From positions 9,181 through 73,180 of the forward strand of contig JACQLK010000016.1 of assembly GCA_016204145.1 (NCBI GenBank): 64,000 nt of DNA, given 5' to 3'. The notes under the pieces are model-generated. The model worked only from the letters and a program-made list of their open reading frames with translations, searched no databases and was not told where the DNA came from. The stretch is from Candidatus Pacearchaeota archaeon (GTDB lineage: Archaea; Nanobdellota; Nanobdellia; Pacearchaeales; GW2011-AR1). Position 1 is the stretch's first letter. Every line of letters starts with the position of its first letter. The position numbers were made by a program, and so were the translations under genes. This document shows, piece by piece, positions 48,668 through 59,045 of this stretch.

Positions 48668-49023
48668 TTTCTTTCCTCAAAAAATTTTATTATACCCTCT
48701 AATTTTTCTCTATCTTTCTTTAATCTCTGAAATTTTTCTTCAATCTCGCTTTCTGTTGCGGGTCTGAGATTTTTTAATTTTAAACCCTCGTATTCCACAA
48801 AATGGTCTTTCGCCAGCTCGGGAAAGAACAACTCAACTTTTACGTACTCTATATAGTAAGGGGAGTCATCTCCTGGAAATCTCTTTGCGGACGGATTTTC
48901 AAAATAAAGAAGATTGCTTGAATTATCTGAATTTGAGATTTTCTGAGAATAAAAAGTTCTACGAATAGGATTTCCATCTGCGTCTCTGAAAACTTTATTT
49001 TTTTCCTTTGTTTTCTTTGTCAT
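48664..49023 (-). CDS. Hypothetical protein
   Basis: 119 aa with C-terminal coiled coil. Confidence 0.55.
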   Translation of the reverse strand: MTKKTKEKNKVFRDADGNPIRRTFYSQKISNSDNSSNLLYFENPSAKRFPGDDSPYYIEYVKVELFFPELAKDHFVEYEGLKLKNLRPATESEIEEKFQRLKKDREKLEGIIKFFEERK

Positions 49024-49149
49024 TTTATTTTCTCATTCTATAGTGGTAATTTAGTTATAATCTTACATATTTACAACTATATAAGTTTTTTCCTAAAAAT
49101 GCCTTAAAAAACACGATAAACTTATAAAGATACCTTAATTTATTCAAAT

Positions 49150-49635
49150 ATGCCTGTCAAATCAGCATTGAAGTCAAGAATCATCGACGAGAAAGACAAA
49201 AAGATACTTGCGGTTCTTCAGGAAAACGGAAGGGAACAACTTAATAAAATTGCAAAGAAAGTCGGCTTGAGCATTGACTCAACACACAAAAGAATTAAGG
49301 TAATGATTGAGAAAGGAGTTTTTCACCCGACAATTTTAATTGACCCTCGTATAATCGGATTTCCTCTGGTTGCAGACGTTAAAATAAAACTGAAAAACAT
49401 AGAACAAAAGGATTTGGATAGGTTTATTTCTCATCTTAAAAATCATCCGCGATGCATTGAACTTCTCTCAATAATGGGCGACTACGATTTCACTTGCGTT
49501 CTAATTGCCAAGGACGGAGACGAACTTGAAAAATTATCAACGGAAATAAGGCAAAAATTCAAGGATTTGATTGACGAATGGAAAAGCAATTTGGTTTTGA
49601 AAACGCACAAGTTTGAGGAATATGATTTGGAATAA
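49150..49635 (+). CDS. Lrp/AsnC transcriptional regulator
   Basis: IDEKDKKIL..LQENGR....IAKKVGLS, GDYD. Confidence 0.92.
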   Translation: MPVKSALKSRIIDEKDKKILAVLQENGREQLNKIAKKVGLSIDSTHKRIKVMIEKGVFHPTILIDPRIIGFPLVADVKIKLKNIEQKDLDRFISHLKNHPRCIELLSIMGDYDFTCVLIAKDGDELEKLSTEIRQKFKDLIDEWKSNLVLKTHKFEEYDLE

Positions 49636-49673
49636 GAAGAAATATTTAAAAGGGTTAGAACATTGTAAGAACA

Positions 49674-50426
49674 ATGGAAATAATAAAACAAATAACAAGG
49701 GCGGGAAATTCCTCAAACGTTCTTCTTCCAAAAGAATGGCTTGGCGGAACGGCAAGAGTTGAATTGATTGAAAAACCGTTGAGCATAAAAGAAGATATTT
49801 TTGAAATTTTAAATCCTTATTTAAAAAACGCCCTTGGAATTTATCTTGCGGGAAGCTATGCAAGAAAAGAAGAAACAAAGGACAGCGATGTTGATATCTT
49901 AGTCATAACTGACGGGATAAACAAAAGAATAAAGAAGGGAAGATATGAAATAATTTTGATTTCAAAAACAGAACTTGATAAAACGCTTAAAAGAAATGCG
50001 ATTCCGCTGTTGCCGATGATTAAAGAAGCAAAAACGATTCTGAATGAAGGGTTAATGGGGGGATATAAAAAAATAAAATTAAATAAAGAAAATACAAAAT
50101 CTATTTTAGAAATAACAAAATCATCGAGAAATGTTTGCGGGGAAAGCATAAAAATTTCCAAACAACTTGGAGAAAATGCATCTGACGAGATAATGTACTC
50201 TTTGATTCTTGGGTTGAGGACGATTTATATAATTGATTCGCTGAAAAGAAATAAAATTCCAACGACAAAAGGATTGAAAAATCTGATAATAAAATTAACA
50301 AATTCAGAAGAGCCATATAATGCTTATCTAAGGGTGAAAAATGATAAAAAAACAAAATCCGTTATAAGCGTTGAAATCGCGGAAAAACTAAACTGTTATC
50401 TTATTGAAAAATTAGGGAAATTATGA
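49674..50426 (+). CDS. AbrB-like (DUF2080) plus minimal nucleotidyltransferase protein
   Basis: GNSSNVLLPKEWLG; GSYARKEETKDSDVDILV; helical C-terminus. Confidence 0.82.
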   Translation: MEIIKQITRAGNSSNVLLPKEWLGGTARVELIEKPLSIKEDIFEILNPYLKNALGIYLAGSYARKEETKDSDVDILVITDGINKRIKKGRYEIILISKTELDKTLKRNAIPLLPMIKEAKTILNEGLMGGYKKIKLNKENTKSILEITKSSRNVCGESIKISKQLGENASDEIMYSLILGLRTIYIIDSLKRNKIPTTKGLKNLIIKLTNSEEPYNAYLRVKNDKKTKSVISVEIAEKLNCYLIEKLGKL

Positions 50427-50602
50427 AAAATAAATCTATGAAAAAGGGGCTTGCAAGTTATGACAAAGCTATAGAAGAGCATAAGAATAAAATCATTGAA
50501 GAAAAAAAGAAAGAAAATCCAAATGTTGAATTGATAAATTATTGGGAAAAAGAAATCAAAAGTTTTGAGAATAACAGGAAGAAATTAATGGGAGACGTCT
50601 GA
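50423..50602 (+). CDS. Small helical protein (not in ORF track)
   Basis: MKNKSMKKGLASYDKAIEEHKNKI...INYWEKEIKSFENNRKKLMGDV; ATGA overlap with the nucleotidyltransferase gene. Confidence 0.55.
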   Translation: MKNKSMKKGLASYDKAIEEHKNKIIEEKKKENPNVELINYWEKEIKSFENNRKKLMGDV

Positions 50603-50703
50603 ATTATTAATTCGTTTATTTTCGCCTTAATTATCCCTAATTTCACAGCCACGCCGCTCAATAAACTTCTTCAGATAATTTTCGCAAAAAAAATTATCGC
50701 GAG

Positions 50704-50792
50704 AAAAAATTCATAAAAAACATCGTCGCAAAAAAGACGGCGTGAGATGGAAATCAATTTTGGTAAATAAGCCGTTGAGGAATTTCGGGAAA
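50704..50792 (+). repeat. Direct repeat, copy 2
   Basis: Copy of 47779-47864. Confidence 0.85.
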
Positions 50793-50819
50793 GAGTAGGG
50801 GATTTGTGAAGAAGTTAAA

Positions 50820-51551
50820 CTAACGACATATGGAATTATTTTTATGTATAATACACAGAGGGACAGTAAATTGATATTTTCTTTCGTCTTTAGAACAGAA
50901 ATCACAGGTAAAGTTTAATTTTAGGTCATAGTTTCCTTCAGGTAGTTTGCTTGCGTCACAACTTCCTTCACTGCCCTTACCGCAATAATCCTGTTTTATT
51001 CTGAGATATATATACTTTCCTTCTTGTGAACTTATGTTAATGTCAGTTTCTGGATCTAAGTGGGCAAAAAGAAATTTATCATTCATATAATCTACTCTGA
51101 AATGTCCAGTATTAACTTTTCCTGAATTTATTACAACTAAAGAGATACCCCACTCTTTATCAGGGTCTGCTAAATATTCTGCATACACTTCAGATTTATT
51201 AGAATATTCTGGATATCTAAAATCTATTTCTATATCCGCCCAATTTGAACTGGATGTTTGTTTTAGAAGCCCCCTATTTTGATTAGATAAGTTTTCATTA
51301 GATAGTATTCCAAAAATACTTGTAGTAATAGTAACAAACATAAGAAAGGATACTAAAGTCAGAGATGAGATTTGAACAAAATTAGATAGATTTTGGTATT
51401 TTAAACTTTCATATTGATTAGAACTTATTTTTTTACTATCTCTTAAACCTATTAGATTTTTATTCTGTTTATAAAAAGAAACAAAATTTACAATTGATAA
51501 ACATCCTGTAGCTATAGCAATGAAGATTAACCAGTTAATTATAGTACCCAT
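50820..51551 (-). CDS. Membrane protein with extracellular Cys-containing domain
   Basis: Two N-terminal TM, Ig-like C-terminus; AT-rich. Confidence 0.6.
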   Translation of the reverse strand: MGTIINWLIFIAIATGCLSIVNFVSFYKQNKNLIGLRDSKKISSNQYESLKYQNLSNFVQISSLTLVSFLMFVTITTSIFGILSNENLSNQNRGLLKQTSSSNWADIEIDFRYPEYSNKSEVYAEYLADPDKEWGISLVVINSGKVNTGHFRVDYMNDKFLFAHLDPETDINISSQEGKYIYLRIKQDYCGKGSEGSCDASKLPEGNYDLKLNFTCDFCSKDERKYQFTVPLCIIHKNNSICR

Positions 51552-51554
51552 TTC

Positions 51555-52622
51555 TCACAACCCCAGCCTCTCCACGAATTTTTTCTTGTCAAATGCCTCT
51601 ATCTCGCCGTAATTCTGTCCCGTGCCGAGATACAATATCGGTTTTTTCACGACATATCCCACAGAAAGCGAGGTTCCGCCTTTTTCGTCTATGTCCGCCT
51701 TCGTGAGAATTATCGCGTCAATCCCAATCGCGGAATTAAAACTTCCCGCCTGCTCGACCGCGTCGTTTCCGGTGATGCTTTCCCCGATGAAAATTTTCAA
51801 ATCCGGCGCGCAAACCCTGACGATTTTTTCCATCTCTCTCAAAAGATTTTTCGCGGTGTGCATTCTCCCGGCGGTGTCTATGAGAACGCATTCTATTGAA
51901 TTCTTTTTCGCGTATTTTATCGCGTCAAATCCCACCGACGCGGGATCGGAGCCGTATTCGTGCGAAATCACATTGACTCCGATTTTATCTCCGTGAAATT
52001 TCAACTGCTCTATGCTCGCAGCCCTGAACGTGTCCGCCGCCGCGAGAATTGCAGAGACGCCGCGCGACTTCAAATTCTCCGCGACTTTCGCAACCGTCGT
52101 CGTCTTTCCCGAACCGTTTATTCCGCAAAACAAAATAACATAAGGATTTTTCTCTTTCTCATTTTTCTCTTTTATTTTTTCAACAAGATCGAACGGCTCT
52201 ATCAATATGTCTTCTATGATGTCTTTCAGCGAATCCTTTATCTGCTCTTCGACTTCTTTTTTCAAAAATTCCTGATTCACGATTTTTCCCTTCAATTCGC
52301 TTATTATCTTTTCGGCTACGGGAAACGCGACGTTGTTTTCAAGGAGAAGCGTTTTCAATTCCTCCCCGTAAACGTCAAACTCCTTGTCTGAAATCTTGAC
52401 CTTTGAAATTTTCTCCCTGACCCTTTCAAAAAAACTCTTCGTCTCCTCTTCCTCGCTTTTCTCCGGCGCGGGAACAATTATCTTTTTTCGCGGTTTTTCT
52501 CCTTCCTTTCTCCCAATTTCTTTTTCCTTTTCGGTTTTCTCCGGGAATTCTTCCGGCTTCGTCTTCTCTCTTGTTATTTTTTCGGCCCAGCTCTTTATCT
52601 TTTCTTTCAGGAATTTGAACAT
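51555..52622 (-). CDS. ftsY: SRP receptor FtsY
   Basis: GINGSGKTTT, DTFRAA, DTAGR, TKAD..EKGG. Confidence 0.96.
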   Translation of the reverse strand: MFKFLKEKIKSWAEKITREKTKPEEFPEKTEKEKEIGRKEGEKPRKKIIVPAPEKSEEEETKSFFERVREKISKVKISDKEFDVYGEELKTLLLENNVAFPVAEKIISELKGKIVNQEFLKKEVEEQIKDSLKDIIEDILIEPFDLVEKIKEKNEKEKNPYVILFCGINGSGKTTTVAKVAENLKSRGVSAILAAADTFRAASIEQLKFHGDKIGVNVISHEYGSDPASVGFDAIKYAKKNSIECVLIDTAGRMHTAKNLLREMEKIVRVCAPDLKIFIGESITGNDAVEQAGSFNSAIGIDAIILTKADIDEKGGTSLSVGYVVKKPILYLGTGQNYGEIEAFDKKKFVERLGL

Positions 52623-52692
52623 GATTTTATCAGGAAACGAGATTTTTTTAAGGTTTGGGTTTATAATTTTAAAAGAAATCTTCTATGAAGTA

Positions 52693-52985
52693 TTTTGTTC
52701 CCGCCCGCCTCCTATGAAACCTTAATAATCTCTAAAATTTGCTTTCGCTTCGTTCAGATATTTATTGCTCCGCGCCTGACTCCGTCGTGGTGCTCCGCTA
52801 AAGAAAAATACTAATGTGAAAACTCTGTCTTATCATCATATCGTCGCATCATCATTCTTTCTCCTGGGGGCGGGGACAAATTTATCAAGTAAATTTTTGG
52901 AACGCGAGTAGGCGAGCAACTTTGCGAGACAGAATTGCAAAACTCACAACGAGCGGGGTTGCGAGTCGGGGAATTGGAGGAAGAA
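52693..52985. repeat. Back-to-back composite of dispersed repeat modules
   Basis: Minus-strand G tract (52700-52712) and module 1 (52735-52802), then plus-strand 52872-52906 (equals 54419-54453) and 52916-52983 (matches 42731-42798). Confidence 0.85.
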
Positions 52986-53040
52986 TGATCCAATAAGTTA
53001 AATCTAAATTTTTATAAACAACAGTTGTTTTTGCTTTTCC

Positions 53041-54291
53041 ATGAAAGGCGTTTTGATTATCCTCGACGGAATCGGCGACTTGCCGTGCAAAATTCTCAAC
53101 GATAAAACTCCTCTCGAGGCCGCCGAAACGCCGAATTTGGATTTCATTTCAAATCGCGGAGAGCTCGGAGGAATGGTTCCCGTAAAAATAGGATTCATTC
53201 CCGAATCCGACGAAGCGACTGTTTCAATTTTCGGAAACGAAATTTCAAGCAGCACAAGAGGGCAATTGGAAGCAAGGGGAACGGACATAAAACTTGTCCG
53301 CGGCGACTTGGCTCTGCGAGCAAACTTCGCGACAATTGATTCCACGGAGAGAAAAAATATAATTGACAGAAGAGCCGGAAGAACCCTCGCGACAAAAGAG
53401 GCGGAAACTCTCGCGGAAGCGCTGAACAAAATAAAAATGCCGTGCGATTTCATTTTCAAGCCGACGATACAGCATCGCGGCGTTTTGGTTTTCAAAGGGG
53501 GATTCTCGGACAACATTTCCGGAAACGATTCTTCATATACAAAAAACAAACTGCGCGGAATTGAAAAAATAAATGAAATTCGCGCGCTTGATGAAAATGA
53601 AAACTCGCAATACGCCGCAAATATCGTGAACGAATTTCTTGAAAAAGCGTTCATGACCCTTGACAAGCATCCTCTTAACGAAGAAAGAAAAAGAAAGGGG
53701 TTGATGCCGGCGAATTATCTTCTCGTGCGCGGAGCCGGAATTGAAACGCCAAAATTGAAATTTTACAGAAAATGGGCCGCTGTTTGTTATATGCCGACGG
53801 AAATCGGCTTCGCAAAAACGTCCGGAATGAGCGTGTTCTCCTTCAAATATCCGGAAATGAAAAACCTCGACGTTTACAAAAATCTTTACGACGGATTGAG
53901 GGAAGCGTGCGATTTCTCGGTAAAAACAATTGAGAAAAACCGGAAAAAATACGATTATTTTTACGTTCACATAAAAGAAACAGACGTTCCGGGACACGAC
54001 AACAAGCCCGTTGAGAAAAAAATGATGATAGAGCAAATTGACAAAATACTTTTCAAGTTCCTGAAAAAATCAATCGATTCGGACAAGAATTTGAAAATTA
54101 TCGTTACCGGAGATCATTCGACTCCGTGCAGAATGAAATCGCATTCCGCCGAGCCGGTTCCTGTTTTATTTTATTCCGGAGAAGGAAAAGCGCCAAAGGA
54201 AAAAAGATTCTGCGAGAGAGACGCCATGGGCGGAAAATTGGGAATGATTTCCGGAAAAGACCTTTTGGAAAAAACCGGATTTGAAAAATAA
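53041..54291 (+). CDS. apgM: 2,3-BPG-independent phosphoglycerate mutase (archaeal type)
   Basis: LDGIGD, KTPLEAA.TPNLD, RANFAT, HIKETD.PGHD, TGDHSTP, HSAEPVP. Confidence 0.93.
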   Translation: MKGVLIILDGIGDLPCKILNDKTPLEAAETPNLDFISNRGELGGMVPVKIGFIPESDEATVSIFGNEISSSTRGQLEARGTDIKLVRGDLALRANFATIDSTERKNIIDRRAGRTLATKEAETLAEALNKIKMPCDFIFKPTIQHRGVLVFKGGFSDNISGNDSSYTKNKLRGIEKINEIRALDENENSQYAANIVNEFLEKAFMTLDKHPLNEERKRKGLMPANYLLVRGAGIETPKLKFYRKWAAVCYMPTEIGFAKTSGMSVFSFKYPEMKNLDVYKNLYDGLREACDFSVKTIEKNRKKYDYFYVHIKETDVPGHDNKPVEKKMMIEQIDKILFKFLKKSIDSDKNLKIIVTGDHSTPCRMKSHSAEPVPVLFYSGEGKAPKEKRFCERDAMGGKLGMISGKDLLEKTGFEK

Positions 54292-54388
54292 TTTTTGATT
54301 TATCAGTAAACTTCGTAAGAATTATTAAAAAGAGGTTAGTGTAAAATAACTTCAAGTCACTCCTAATCATATTCAATTCGGATTTGGA

Positions 54389-54470
54389 GTTAACACGGGT
54401 TTCGCGGGGAGGGAGGGTGGGGACAAATTTATCAAGTAAATTTTTGGAACGCGGGCGGTCGGGAATTACT
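54389..54470 (+). repeat. Dispersed repeat: GTTAACA, four G tracts, hairpin module
   Basis: GGGGAGGGAGGGTGGGG at 54406-54422; 35 nt identical to 52872-52906. Confidence 0.85.
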
Positions 54471-54546
54471 CGCGGAATTTTAAGAATTTTCCATCCGTAT
54501 TCTTGATGACGAAAATTCTTAAAAACAAACTTTCTTTTTGATTTTT

Positions 54547-55095
54547 ATGATTACTTACAACGAAATTTACGAAGCAGTGAGAAAAGAGCGCGCCGAGGAG
54601 TTGCAGCCGCTGCCGAAAAATTTCCTTGACGAAGTGTCAGTATACCTGAAGGAAAAAAAAGAGTTCTCTTCGAAAAATATCGACGATTTCTCCGATTCGG
54701 CGATGAAGGCGAAAAAACAGCTTGAAAATGCAAGGACTTTGTTTAAGGAATTAATTTTGAGGAGGAGAAAAAAAATACTTAATCTTCTTCTTATTGCAAC
54801 AGAGACGGGAATTTCAAAAAAGGATTCTGAAAACATGCTTGAATTTGAGAAGACGATGTTTGAAAATCTCATGAAATCCGTCGATTCGACCGAAAGTCAG
54901 GTAAACAGCTTATTCAACGTAAAAACAGAAGAAAGGATTGTCTCCGGAAAAACAATCGCGTTTAAGGAAGACGTCGACGAGTTTTTTGACATGGAAGGAA
55001 AACTCATAGGCCCGTTTAAAAAAGGCGAGAAAGCCGAGTTGGATGAGGAAATCGCAAAAATCCTCGTTGAAAGTGAAAAGGCCGAAAGATTGTGA
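54547..55095 (+). CDS. GINS complex subunit (Gins51-like)
   Basis: KER..ELQPLP.NF, RR.KKI, C-terminal domain IGPFKKGE...L....AKILVE..KAE. Confidence 0.8.
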   Translation: MITYNEIYEAVRKERAEELQPLPKNFLDEVSVYLKEKKEFSSKNIDDFSDSAMKAKKQLENARTLFKELILRRRKKILNLLLIATETGISKKDSENMLEFEKTMFENLMKSVDSTESQVNSLFNVKTEERIVSGKTIAFKEDVDEFFDMEGKLIGPFKKGEKAELDEEIAKILVESEKAERL

Positions 55096-55134
55096 ATATT
55101 TTTAAACTTCTTTTTCCAGTTCATTTGGTATAAG

Positions 55135-56964
55135 ATGAAAAAAGAAATTGCGCTGATTTTTGTTTGCGTTTTGCTCGCTTCCGTAATTTCCGCTTCGTTA
55201 ATTTCCGCGGATTTTTTCGGAAGCTGGTTTGCAAAATCAACCGGAAACGCCGTGGCTGCAAAGTGCGTCGATTCGGACGGCGGGAAGGACTATTACAAAA
55301 AAGGAACAACATCCGGAATTGACGCGAAGACGAAAAAGCAAACAAGTCAAGTTGATAAATGCTCAAATTCCAAAACTCTTGTTGAATTTTTCTGCGATGC
55401 GAATAATAGGGTCGCGAGCGCTTCCGCTTCATGCAAAAAAGGATGCGGCTCCGGAGCGTGCGCTGAAATCGCCCCTGCTGCAGCTCCGTCGAAAAAATCA
55501 AGCGCGGCGCAAACGGTCGATAAATCCGGAAGTTTGATGTTTACAACAACTCATTCCGGAATAGGGGACATGTACACATATTATCTGATTTATGACAACG
55601 CAAATTACATTATTCAATCGGGCGATTTCCTCGAATATGACATTTACTGCGACCCTTCAAACAACGATTGCACCGGCGGAATAGAAATAGAGGGAATTTA
55701 CCCTTCGGCATGGGTCGGAAGAAATTTGCGTTTAGTCGACCAAAACCGGTTATCAAATGCGTACGGCAATATTTCCATGTATGCAAGCGGAAAATGGTAT
55801 CATCGAAGAATTAACTTGTCGAGTGCTGTCGGCAAAACTGTAAAAGAAGTCAGCGTAGTCGAAGAAAGCGACAGGGACGGAAAAAGGGATTACTATTACA
55901 GAAATATTGCAATCACAAACGGCGGAATTCTGAAGGTTCCCTTTTACAAAGGAAAAAATGTTCAATCAAGCGCGTTGAACTACCAATCAAAAGCGAGCAG
56001 GTATTCCGTTGCTGCAATCGGCGGAAGTTCATTTGAGATTCAAAAAACATGTCGGCAAATAATAACTCTGACATACCAACTGTCAAAGAGCGAGTGTTCT
56101 CCCGGAGACATAATAAGCGACTTGCAAACCCACACTCAATGCGACCATTATGTCAACGTTCCTTACGGCGGAAAAGTGTGTTATTCGTGGCGCAGCTACC
56201 ATAATTACAATTGCATAAGAAATACTCAAATATCTTGCTCTGCAAACGCCGCCTGTCCTGCGGGGACAACTGAAATAACTTCAGAATATTGCGGCGCGTC
56301 CATTGTGGCAATTGGCGGGGAAATAGGATTCACTCCTTCAAGAATATGGATTTCCGACGACAATAGCGGATGGCAGAAAACCCGTTCAACAATCTTTTCT
56401 TCATATCCCGACGGGGCGAGGATATCTGCAACAGGAGCCGACTGGAATATCGCTCGTCAGGTCTCGTTCTGGGGAAAAGACAATTATCTTGTGGGGATAA
56501 AATACAAGTGGGTAAGCGGCGGCTCGTCGCTTCCGGACCAGCTTTATTACTCGACAAAAAGTCACGGGGACTCGATAAATTTCAGGCAACCTTTCGGAAA
56601 ATGGGAAACGGACGGAAACTGGCATGTTAAAATTCTCGATATGAGAACCCTGGCTGCGGGGGGAAACGACTGGATAAACGGTGAAATCACAAGATTAAGA
56701 TTTGACTTTACTGAAAATGCAGATACCGTTATGGAAATACAATATATTGCAATTGGAAAATATCCGAATACAAGCATATGCGCGCCCGCAAACAAATGCA
56801 TCGGCAATTCAGGAGAGTATTGCAATGACAAAAATGCAATCGCAAGCGTCTCTTCTTTCCAGGAAACATGCAACGACGGAAGGGACGATAACTGCAACGG
56901 ACAAGTGGATGAAGATTGTCCGTCTCTCGAGGAGGACAATCCGAACGACGGCGGAGGAGAATAA
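55135..56964 (+). CDS. Secreted Cys-rich multidomain protein
   Basis: Signal/anchor, CVDSDGG.DYY.KG repeat, two beta-sandwich (carbohydrate-binding-like) regions, ETCNDGRDDNCNGQVDEDC. Confidence 0.75.
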   Translation: MKKEIALIFVCVLLASVISASLISADFFGSWFAKSTGNAVAAKCVDSDGGKDYYKKGTTSGIDAKTKKQTSQVDKCSNSKTLVEFFCDANNRVASASASCKKGCGSGACAEIAPAAAPSKKSSAAQTVDKSGSLMFTTTHSGIGDMYTYYLIYDNANYIIQSGDFLEYDIYCDPSNNDCTGGIEIEGIYPSAWVGRNLRLVDQNRLSNAYGNISMYASGKWYHRRINLSSAVGKTVKEVSVVEESDRDGKRDYYYRNIAITNGGILKVPFYKGKNVQSSALNYQSKASRYSVAAIGGSSFEIQKTCRQIITLTYQLSKSECSPGDIISDLQTHTQCDHYVNVPYGGKVCYSWRSYHNYNCIRNTQISCSANAACPAGTTEITSEYCGASIVAIGGEIGFTPSRIWISDDNSGWQKTRSTIFSSYPDGARISATGADWNIARQVSFWGKDNYLVGIKYKWVSGGSSLPDQLYYSTKSHGDSINFRQPFGKWETDGNWHVKILDMRTLAAGGNDWINGEITRLRFDFTENADTVMEIQYIAIGKYPNTSICAPANKCIGNSGEYCNDKNAIASVSSFQETCNDGRDDNCNGQVDEDCPSLEEDNPNDGGGE

Positions 56965-57031
56965 CTTCTCGTCTGATTTTTACCGATTCTTTCACAATAA
57001 ACTATAAAAACGCCCTCCTTTTTCCATAAAC

Positions 57032-59044
57032 ATGGACAAGCTGGGGAAGGAGGAAATAGTTCTTGAAACGAAAAATTTCTTTGACTCTTACAAGAAAGAA
57101 ATCGGCGATTCTCTTAGAAAAGGAAACAACGTCATTTATCTGGATTTTATGAAGCTGTCTCAGCATTCAAACAAGCTCTCCGACGAGCTTCTTTCAAAGC
57201 CCGAGGAAACTCTTGGATTTATGGAAATGGCGATTGAAGAAGTCGGCCTGGTAAACAATGTCCGCGTCCGATTGAACAATCTTCCCGACAGCCAGCAACT
57301 CAAAGTGAGAAACATTCGCTCAAAACATCTCAACGAAATGATAGTCATAGAAGGGATAATAAGGCAGGCAAGCGATGTTCGTCCGCAAGTCGTAAATTCC
57401 AAATTCGAGTGCCCGAGTTGCGGGACAATTATTTCTGTTTTGCAAATTGAAAAAAAATTCCACGAACCGTCGCGCTGTTCCTGCGGAAGAAGAGGCGGGT
57501 TCCGTTTGATTAGCAAAGACATGGTCGACACGCAAAGAATAGTAATTGAAGAATCGCCGGAATCGTTGTCGGGAGGAGAACAGCCGAAGAGAATAAATGT
57601 TTTTGTAAAAGAGGATTTGGTCGAGCCGAGAATGGAGGAAAAAACAACTCCCGGAAGCAGGGTGAAAATTATCGGCGTCTTGAAAGAAGTTCCGGTTCCG
57701 TTGAACACCGGCGGCGTGTCAACAAGATTTGAATTGGCTATTGAAACAAATAATATCATCCCGATGGAGGAAACATTTGAGGAATTGAATATAAGCGAGG
57801 AAGATGAAAAGCAAATTCTTGAGATGTCAAAAGATCCCGGAATCTTCGACAAGCTCGCGCAAAGCATAACTCCGAGCGTTTGGGGTTACGACGAAATAAA
57901 AAAATCCCTTGTCTTGCAATTGTTCGGCGGAGTTAAAAAAGTGCACGCAGACGGACAGAAAAGCAGGGGCGACTTGCATATTCTTTTAATCGGAGACCCG
58001 GGAGTTGCAAAATCGGTAACATTGGGATTCATGGCGCAAATTTCTCCGAAAGGAAGATATGTCGTCGGCAAAAGCGCTTCGGGAGCGGGTTTGACGGCAA
58101 CGGTTGTAAGGGACGAATATTTAAAAGGGTGGAGTTTGGAAGCGGGCGCAATGGTTCTCGCTAACAAGGGACTGGTTTGCATTGACGAGTTGGAAAAAAT
58201 GGATCCTCAGGACAGAAGCTCGATGCACGAAGCGATGGAACAACAAACGATTACAATTTCAAAAGCGAACGTGCAGGCGACGTTAAGGGCGGAAACGTCT
58301 GTTCTCGCCGCGGCAAATCCAAAATTCGGAAGGTTTGACCCTTATCAGTCCGTGGCCCAGCAAATTGACTTGCCTCCGACGCTGATAAATCGTTTTGATG
58401 TAATTTTCACATTAAGGGACATTCCTGACAAGGACAAGGACAGAAAAATAGCGACGCACGTTTTGCACGAGCATATAAAAGAGGGAAAAGACATGGCCAT
58501 TCCGAGGGAACTGTTCAGAAAATACGTCGCGTATGCAAAACAAAAAGTTCATCCAAAACTTTCAAAAGAGGCGGCGGAAGAAATTGAGAATTTCTACGTT
58601 GATTTGAGAAACCGCCCTGTGTCGTCGGAAAGCGCATTGAAGCCGATTCCGATTTCAGCAAGGCAGTTGCAGGCGCTGATTCGCATGTCGGAAGCGTCGG
58701 CAAAAATGCGGCTAAATCCGACGGTGTCGAGAGACGACGCGAAAAAAGCTATTGAAATAATGAAGCATTATCTGATGCAAGTCGGATTTGATTACGAATC
58801 GAACACTTTTGACATAGACAAGATTTACACGGGAATGACCGCTTCAAGAAGAAACAAGGTGCTTATTGTCAGAGAGGCGATAAATTCGCTGAAGGAAAAA
58901 GTCGGCGAGCTTATTCCCGTCGAGGAAATAGAAAAGGAACTCGAAGGAAAATTGACAAAAGACGAAATTGAAGCGTCGATTTTTGAATTGATAAAAAACT
59001 CTGTGATTTTCGAGCCGAGGAGGGGATACGTGCAGAAAATATAA
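57032..59044 (+). CDS. mcm: Replicative helicase MCM
   Basis: Zn finger, GDPGVAKS, CIDE, HEAMEQQT, AANP, NRFD; no intein seen. Confidence 0.98.
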   Translation: MDKLGKEEIVLETKNFFDSYKKEIGDSLRKGNNVIYLDFMKLSQHSNKLSDELLSKPEETLGFMEMAIEEVGLVNNVRVRLNNLPDSQQLKVRNIRSKHLNEMIVIEGIIRQASDVRPQVVNSKFECPSCGTIISVLQIEKKFHEPSRCSCGRRGGFRLISKDMVDTQRIVIEESPESLSGGEQPKRINVFVKEDLVEPRMEEKTTPGSRVKIIGVLKEVPVPLNTGGVSTRFELAIETNNIIPMEETFEELNISEEDEKQILEMSKDPGIFDKLAQSITPSVWGYDEIKKSLVLQLFGGVKKVHADGQKSRGDLHILLIGDPGVAKSVTLGFMAQISPKGRYVVGKSASGAGLTATVVRDEYLKGWSLEAGAMVLANKGLVCIDELEKMDPQDRSSMHEAMEQQTITISKANVQATLRAETSVLAAANPKFGRFDPYQSVAQQIDLPPTLINRFDVIFTLRDIPDKDKDRKIATHVLHEHIKEGKDMAIPRELFRKYVAYAKQKVHPKLSKEAAEEIENFYVDLRNRPVSSESALKPIPISARQLQALIRMSEASAKMRLNPTVSRDDAKKAIEIMKHYLMQVGFDYESNTFDIDKIYTGMTASRRNKVLIVREAINSLKEKVGELIPVEEIEKELEGKLTKDEIEASIFELIKNSVIFEPRRGYVQKI

Positions 59045-59045
59045 A

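Noticed and set aside
47779..50792. Diversity-generating retroelement TR/VR pair
   Set aside because: Mismatches include T/G and C/T and are not confined to adenines of one copy; no reverse transcriptase in the window
57032..59044. Intein in MCM
   Set aside because: 670 aa with contiguous motifs and no intein splice-junction residues seen
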